64,000 bases of DNA. Origin: an uncultured Desulfuromonadales bacterium (GTDB lineage: Bacteria; Desulfobacterota; Desulfuromonadia; Geobacterales; CAIOGM01). Of this stretch, positions 58,551 to 64,000 are shown one piece after another; within the stretch, counting starts at the first letter, position 1; each line of letters begins with the position of its first letter. The stretch lies in assembly GCA_903929485.1 (NCBI GenBank), contig CAIYUY010000026.1, forward strand, positions 6,279-70,278. The letters run 5' to 3'. The notes under the pieces were generated by a model that made no database searches, was not told the origin of the DNA, and saw nothing but the letters and a program-made list of their open reading frames with translations. The position numbers and the translations under genes are program-made.

Positions 58551-60232
58551 AGGAGCAGCTCCGCCGGCTCATCCAAGAGGCTATTGAGTGCAGCCAGGCC
58601 GACAACTCTCTGACGGCGGGGGAGATCCCTTCCTTTGTGGTTGAAGTCCCGTCCCAGGATGGTCACGGTGATTTTGCCACCAACGCAGCCATGACCCTGG
58701 CCCGCCCCCAGAAAAGATCCCCCCGCGCCGTTGCCCTGACGCTGGTGGATCATCTTCCCCAAGGAATCGGCATCCTGGAACGGGTGGAGATTGCCGGACC
58801 CGGCTTCATCAATTTTTTCCTAAAGAACAGCGCCTGGCAGGAGACCCTGGCCGCGGTGGAAACGGAAGGAGCGGCCTTCGGACGTTCCACCGTGGGAGGG
58901 GGGAAAAAAGTACAGGTAGAGTTTGTCAGCGCCAATCCCACAGGCCCGCTCCATATCGGCCACGGCCGTGGAGCCGCCATAGGCGACACCCTCTGCCGAC
59001 TCCTTGCAGCCACCGGCTGGGATGTGACCCGTGAATTTTACTACAACGACGCCGGGGCGCAGATAGCTAATTTGGCGCTTTCGGTACAGGCCCGCTGTCT
59101 CCATATCCGGACGGACGACCCTCGCTGGCCGGCCAATGGCTACCAGGGGGAGTACATTCGGGACGTGGCCCGCTCCTATCTTGCCCGAGAGACGGTGTAT
59201 GCCGACGATCGGCGCGTCACGGCTCTGGGGGATGCCGAAAACCTGGAAGCCATCAGAGAATTCGCCGTGGCCTCCCTCCGTCGGGAACAGGACCAGGACC
59301 TGACCGCCTTCGACGTCGGATTCGACGTCTACTCCCTGGAGTCGGAGCTGTATACCAGCGGTCGGGTGGAAAAAGCAGTCAAACGACTGGTGGAGAACAA
59401 TCATACTTATGAGCAGGATGGGGCTCTCTGGCTTCGAAGCACCGATTTCGGTGACGACAAAGACCGGGTGATGCGTAAGGCGGACGGGAACTATACCTAC
59501 TTCGTCCCCGATGTCGCCTACCATCTGGACAAGTGGGAGCGGGGGTTCATCAGGGTCATCAATGAACAGGGGGCCGACCATCACAGCACGGTGGTCAGGG
59601 TTCGAGCCGGCCTTCAGGCGCTTGATGCGGGGATACCACAAGATTGGCCGGAATATGTTCTCCATCAGATGGTGACGGTGGTGCGTGGCGGCGAGGAGGT
59701 CAAGATCTCCAAGCGCGCCGGGAGTTACGTCACCCTGCGGGACCTCATTGACGAGGTGGGGCGCGACGCCACCCGCTTCTTCTTCGTCATGCGCAAACCG
59801 GATTCCCAGCTGGTCTTCGATATCGACCTGGCCAAGCAGCAGACGCTGGACAATCCGGTCTATTACGTCCAGTATGCCCATGCCAGGATCAAAAGCATCT
59901 TTACCAATGCCTCTGAAAAAGGGCTCACGGTTCCCTCCTTCCGGGAAGCGACGGTATCCCGCCTGGAGACACCGGAAGAGTTGGCTCTCATCAGGCACCT
60001 GGCTGCTTTCCCGGACACCGTGGATGGAGCGGCTTCGTCCTTTGAGCCGCATCGGGTGACAAGCTATCTGCAGGAACTGGCGGGGCTCTTTCATGGCTTC
60101 TACAACAAAAACCGGGTCATCACCGAGGATGCGCCCCTTACCGGAGCTCGGCTTTACCTCTTGGCATGCGTGGCGACAACACTTAAAAACGGATTGGAAA
60201 TGCTCGGCATCTCCGCTCCCGAATCCATGTAG
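58547..60232 (+). CDS. argS: Arginyl-tRNA synthetase
   Basis: [38 protein letters not shown] and C-terminal APESM. Confidence 0.98.
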   Translation: MKEQLRRLIQEAIECSQADNSLTAGEIPSFVVEVPSQDGHGDFATNAAMTLARPQKRSPRAVALTLVDHLPQGIGILERVEIAGPGFINFFLKNSAWQETLAAVETEGAAFGRSTVGGGKKVQVEFVSANPTGPLHIGHGRGAAIGDTLCRLLAATGWDVTREFYYNDAGAQIANLALSVQARCLHIRTDDPRWPANGYQGEYIRDVARSYLARETVYADDRRVTALGDAENLEAIREFAVASLRREQDQDLTAFDVGFDVYSLESELYTSGRVEKAVKRLVENNHTYEQDGALWLRSTDFGDDKDRVMRKADGNYTYFVPDVAYHLDKWERGFIRVINEQGADHHSTVVRVRAGLQALDAGIPQDWPEYVLHQMVTVVRGGEEVKISKRAGSYVTLRDLIDEVGRDATRFFFVMRKPDSQLVFDIDLAKQQTLDNPVYYVQYAHARIKSIFTNASEKGLTVPSFREATVSRLETPEELALIRHLAAFPDTVDGAASSFEPHRVTSYLQELAGLFHGFYNKNRVITEDAPLTGARLYLLACVATTLKNGLEMLGISAPESM

Positions 60233-60246
60233 GAACGAGACGGACC

Positions 60247-61062
60247 ATGAAGGACTATAGCGAACGACGGCCAGCCGGAACCAGCAACCCCAACATTAAC
60301 CGCGCCAAAAAGCAGGGGGTGGCGCGCTATTTCGTCCTGACCGCGCTGGGCGGACTCCTTGCGGGCTTCAGCCTCGGCCTGACCGGCGGCTGGTTCCTGT
60401 TCAAACCGACCCGGCAGGAACAGAACAGCATGCGAGTAGCCGCCGAAAAAGGGGCCCCAGCCACGGCTGTTCAATCGCCCCCCCCGCAACCGGATTCGAC
60501 AACCGCTCCTGTTGACCCGCACCTTTCGTTCTATAACACCCTTCCCTCGGGGAAGGCGATCCTCGGTACCGGATTAAATCCCGTCAAACCGGAAGAAGCC
60601 GGCCAGGCGTTGCCCCCTACCATCCCCCGTGCCGTTGCCACCCCCGGCACGCCGGCACGCCAGCAACAGCCGGCGACCAGGAACCTGTCATTCCCATCGC
60701 TTCCGGCGCCCCCCCCCTTGGAACGTCGAGAAGTCCCCCCCGCGGAAAAACCGGCGATCAAGGCGCCATCCCTGGCTGCGTCCCCGGCGCCCGCCCCTTC
60801 CCCCCTGGGGATCGACCAAGCTCGCAAGGCCCAGTCAAAGGGGAAATACGTGGTTCAGGTGGCTTCCTACCAATCAAAGAGCGATGCGGAAGCGGTGAAG
60901 GAACGGCTGATTGATACCGGATTACCGGCCTACATCGTCGAGTGGGCGCCCAAGGATAAGGGGATCATGTACCGGGTCAGGGTGGGCAGACACCTGGAGT
61001 TATCCGCCGCGGAGGAACTGGCGGCCCGGGCAGGGAAGACCGCCATCCCCGTGATGGAATAG
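60247..61062 (+). CDS. SPOR-domain cell division protein (FtsN-like)
   Basis: N-terminal MKDYS, TM, LSFYNTL, Pro-rich linker and YVVQVASY...YRVRVG SPOR domain; downstream of argS. Confidence 0.85.
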   Translation: MKDYSERRPAGTSNPNINRAKKQGVARYFVLTALGGLLAGFSLGLTGGWFLFKPTRQEQNSMRVAAEKGAPATAVQSPPPQPDSTTAPVDPHLSFYNTLPSGKAILGTGLNPVKPEEAGQALPPTIPRAVATPGTPARQQQPATRNLSFPSLPAPPPLERREVPPAEKPAIKAPSLAASPAPAPSPLGIDQARKAQSKGKYVVQVASYQSKSDAEAVKERLIDTGLPAYIVEWAPKDKGIMYRVRVGRHLELSAAEELAARAGKTAIPVME

Positions 61063-61088
61063 CACTACCCTAGAAAGGATCAACTCCC

Positions 61089-62168
61089 ATGAATATTCTT
61101 GTCACCGGCGGCGCGGGGTTCATCGGTTCCCACCTCTGTCAACGTCTCCTGACACTGGGGCATGACCTTATAGTCCTGGACAATTTTAATGATTTTTACA
61201 CCCCTGCGCTAAAAAGACAAAATATCCAAGAAGTTCAGGATACAAGTTCCCGTTTGGGAAGGGCTCTGCGACTGTGCGAGGGTGACATCCGAGACATCCC
61301 CTTTCTGGAGTCGGTTTTCATGGAGAGCCGGCCGGATGCAGTGATCCATCTGGCGGCAATGGCCGGGGTCCGCCCCTCCATCGAACGACCCCGCCTCTAC
61401 GCAGAGGTCAACCTGGGAGGAACCCTCAATCTCCTGGAGGCATCGCGAGGCGCCGCTGTTGGAAGATTCCTCTTCGCTTCAAGCTCATCGGTGTACGGCA
61501 ACAACCCCAAAGTTCCCTTTGCGGAATCCGACCCGGTGGACAATCCCATCTCTCCCTACGCAGCTACTAAAAAAGGGTGCGAGCTCCTCTGTCATACCTG
61601 GCACCACCTTCACAACATTTCCATCGCCTGTCTCCGCTTCTTCACGGTCTACGGACCTCGCCAGCGCCCCGATCTGGCCATCAACAAGTTCGCCCGGATG
61701 CTCGGCTCCGGACAACCGCTCCCCATCTATGGCGACGGAAGCTCCAGTCGCGATTATACCTACGTGGATGACATCGTGAATGGTGTCGTCAAGGCGCTGG
61801 AGTGGACAGCTTCCCTCCCCCCCAGGTTCGATATTTTCAACCTGGGAGGCTCCCATCCGGTGGAATTACGCCAACTGGTGGAGGTCATGGAACGAACCAT
61901 GGGGCTTGCCGCCCGACGGGAACTGCTCCCCATGCAGGCCGGCGACGTGGAGCGGACCTATGCGGACCTGACAAAATCAACCGCTCTTCTAGGCTACCGG
62001 CCGACAATGGATATTGAGGAAGGGATTGCCCGTTTCGTGACATGGTTTCGTCAACAGGAGGAGAGAGACCTCCGGGAGAAGGGGAAGCATGACCAGCCAA
62101 CTGACGGAGCAGTGCTCCAAAGTGATCAATCTGGCTGCATTTTTGGAGCAGCAGAAGAGTCTGGATGA
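61089..62168 (+). CDS. NAD-dependent epimerase (UDP-glucuronate 4-epimerase-like)
   Basis: GGAGFIG, HLAAMAGVR, ASSSSVYG, YAATK, FFTVYGPRQRPD and QAGDV..TYAD. Confidence 0.9.
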   Translation: MNILVTGGAGFIGSHLCQRLLTLGHDLIVLDNFNDFYTPALKRQNIQEVQDTSSRLGRALRLCEGDIRDIPFLESVFMESRPDAVIHLAAMAGVRPSIERPRLYAEVNLGGTLNLLEASRGAAVGRFLFASSSSVYGNNPKVPFAESDPVDNPISPYAATKKGCELLCHTWHHLHNISIACLRFFTVYGPRQRPDLAINKFARMLGSGQPLPIYGDGSSSRDYTYVDDIVNGVVKALEWTASLPPRFDIFNLGGSHPVELRQLVEVMERTMGLAARRELLPMQAGDVERTYADLTKSTALLGYRPTMDIEEGIARFVTWFRQQEERDLREKGKHDQPTDGAVLQSDQSGCIFGAAEESG

Positions 62169-62862
62169 CTGTCTTCACGAACTGACTGACAGTATGGCGA
62201 CCATCCTTGAGGTGGAAAACTGTTCAATCATGCTGTTCCGGCGTGACGATGAAGAGGGCGAGTTCAGACTCCGACTCCGCGCGGTTCACGGCGGATTGTT
62301 ACCTGATCTTCATATGGAGGCAGTCGAAATCAACGTGGGGATTGTCGGCAGGGTGGCCGCGTCGGGAGAGCCGCTGCTGATTGAGGATATTCTTTGCTCG
62401 GAATTCTCCTCCCCGGATTGCTTCCCCAACTCCACCGGAAACAGTTTCATCTCTGTCCCCATCCTCGTCAGCGGCAAGGTCGTCGGCGTAATTAACGTCA
62501 GCGACCCGGTTGACGGACGAACATTAACCAGATCAGACATGGAGCTAACCACTCTCCTCGCCCTTCTGGTGGGCAGATCCCTTCATGTTTCTCAACTCCA
62601 AAACCTGCTTAGCTCCCGTTACGCCCAGATCGCTCTGCTCAAGGAGAGTCACGAACCGACGACAAGAAATCTCATTACGGGTAGAGGGAACACCGAACAG
62701 TTGGTCAAACTGTTCGCCAAGACCTTTTACCGCGAGATGACGAAAGCAGGCTTCGGTCGCGATCATATCATCGAGGCGGCCACCGAGATCATATCTCTGC
62801 TCAGCGACAGCCTGAACCGCCATAGCCGGCGTTGCCGGCGCTCCAAGACGGGCTTGGAATGA
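62089..62862 (+). CDS. GAF-domain protein with short helical C-terminal domain
   Basis: CSIML, GIVGRVAASGEPLLIED and SFISVPILVSGKVVGVINV GAF pattern; AAGGGG RBS. Confidence 0.85.
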   Translation: MTSQLTEQCSKVINLAAFLEQQKSLDDCLHELTDSMATILEVENCSIMLFRRDDEEGEFRLRLRAVHGGLLPDLHMEAVEINVGIVGRVAASGEPLLIEDILCSEFSSPDCFPNSTGNSFISVPILVSGKVVGVINVSDPVDGRTLTRSDMELTTLLALLVGRSLHVSQLQNLLSSRYAQIALLKESHEPTTRNLITGRGNTEQLVKLFAKTFYREMTKAGFGRDHIIEAATEIISLLSDSLNRHSRRCRRSKTGLE

Positions 62863-62887
62863 GCTGCAAGACACCTCTTCCTTATTT

Positions 62888-63100
62888 TTACAACTTATCC
62901 TCCCATTTGAAACCGCTGCGTTTAACACTGATGACAGTGCCGTTCTCACCTTCGAGACGCAAATTGGTATTTCCATGAAACTGTTTACGAACGGCTCTAC
63001 GTTTTGCGTCCGTCAATCTCCTGGCGGTAAAAGTAAATATTTCACCGTCATTATTAAAAACCAGACTATCTGATTGACGTAAAATATAGGTAATGTGCAT
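62888..63100 (-). CDS. Hypothetical 70-aa basic protein
   Basis: GAGGAGAAGG RBS, AT-rich ORF occupying its own interval. Confidence 0.65.
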   Translation of the reverse strand: MHITYILRQSDSLVFNNDGEIFTFTARRLTDAKRRAVRKQFHGNTNLRLEGENGTVISVKRSGFKWEDKL

Positions 63101-63367
63101 AACCTTCTCCTCTTAAACTGAAAGTCTACTTTTCTGACATTTATAGCCGATGTTTACCACATGGCGTCACTATTTACAATAAATCAGACGAGTGTGCCCG
63201 GCTTTTTCCATCAACCTGACCAGGTCACTTCAAACGACATCAGCATTAATGTTTATTGTGCAACGTACGTTATTTATGAAAAATAGCTTTATCTCTTGCG
63301 ATGACCAGCGGATCGGTGGTAAGTTTACTTAATGCGCGGAGTGCTTTGAACTGCAAGGAGAAAGCCG

Positions 63368-64000
63368 ATGGATTACTCACTACACTTCGTACTCCTCGCG
63401 GCGCTTCTTTTGATGCTCCTCCTCACCTCCCCTGCCTTGGCAACCGGAATCACCGTGGCCACCGTGGACGGAGACATCACCCCGGTCACGGCGGAGTACC
63501 TGAAAAAAAGCCTCCGGGACTCGACCCAGCGTGGAGACAGCCTGGTTATCATAGAACTCGACACGCCGGGGGGACTGGAATCATCCATGCGGGGGATCAT
63601 CAAGGAACTGCTGGCTTCGCCGGTGCCGGTGGCGCTCTTCGTCGCCCCTTCCGGGGCCAGGGCCGGTTCCGCCGGCGCCATCATCACCCTGGCCGCCGAT
63701 ATCGCAGCCATGGCGCCGGGAACCAACATCGGCGCGGCGCATCCGGTCACCTTCGGCGAGCTCCCCGACAAGATCATGGCAGAGAAGATGCTCAACGATT
63801 CAGCCGCCTACGCCGAGGGGATCGCCGCGCGACGGGGACGCAATCCCGGCGTGGCGGTGAAGATGGTGCGTGAAAGCATTTCCCTGCCGGCGGACAAGGC
63901 TCTTTCCCAGGGGGTCATCGACCTCATCGCCCGGGACCGGGGCGATCTCCTGCGACAACTGGAAGGGAAAACGGTGCGCCGCGACGGGAAAGAGTTCCCA
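63368..64000 (+). CDS. nfeD: NfeD-family membrane-bound ClpP-class serine protease, partial
   Basis: Hand translation from ATG 63368 (AAGGAG RBS): signal peptide, LDTPGG, APSGARAGSAG and AMAPGTNIGAAHPV; runs off the window. Confidence 0.9.
   Translation, partial: MDYSLHFVLLAALLLMLLLTSPALATGITVATVDGDITPVTAEYLKKSLRDSTQRGDSLVIIELDTPGGLESSMRGIIKELLASPVPVALFVAPSGARAGSAGAIITLAADIAAMAPGTNIGAAHPVTFGELPDKIMAEKMLNDSAAYAEGIAARRGRNPGVAVKMVRESISLPADKALSQGVIDLIARDRGDLLRQLEGKTVRRDGKEFP

Noticed and set aside
58820-60094. 424-aa minus-strand ORF
   Set aside because: Antisense shadow of argS.
63301-63873. 190-aa plus-strand ORF
   Set aside because: Wrong frame; the NfeD motifs are in the frame starting at 63368, which runs off the window.
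1-64000. tRNA, rRNA, transposase, integrase, phage or defence genes
   Set aside because: None recognised by eye. A covariance-model scan (tRNAscan/Rfam) would be needed to exclude small RNAs and riboswitches in the intergenic gaps.

Overview
GC-rich core-genome window from a Gram-negative deltaproteobacterium. Gene order and protein motifs look Geobacteraceae/Desulfuromonadia-like; this is an inference, no search was run. 1-24.8 kb is one long minus-strand envelope cluster: lysS-lolC/E-lolD-bamA-skp-lpxD-fabZ-lpxA-lpxB-msbA-waaA-lpxK, then LPS core glycosyltransferases, a dTDP-3-amino-3,6-dideoxyhexose pathway (GNAT, two fdtA/qdtA, fdtB), more glycosyltransferases and an acetate-CoA-ligase-type gene running off the left edge. 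24.9-36.9 kb holds an RCC1-repeat lipoprotein, a decayed Cys-rich/TPR pseudogene, a CBS/DRTGG pyrophosphatase, a radical SAM gene and nadC-birA-coaX-fusA2-SPOR-mglA-like. 37-55 kb holds an orphan solute-binding protein, ftsH-folP-cdaA-cdaR-glmM-pdxJ-manC-sORF-ABC ATPase-receiver-Cys-tail protein-truA, then rluA, asnS, hemerythrin, membrane proteins and a TMTC-like GT-C/TPR gene. 55-64 kb holds lepA-lepB-ftsB-Cys-rich sORF-argS-SPOR-epimerase-GAF and a partial nfeD. I saw no rRNA, tRNA, CRISPR array, transposase, integrase or prophage. Most of the window is housekeeping, and I cannot point to a clear-cut new multi-gene system. The best leads are: an MglA-like protein with four substituted GTPase residues and a repeat-derived tail; two small proteins missed by the ORF track; an orphan ABC ATPase/receiver/Cys-tail module; and several short-repeat families at operon junctions, including a REP-bounded tandem array between lpxA and lpxB.
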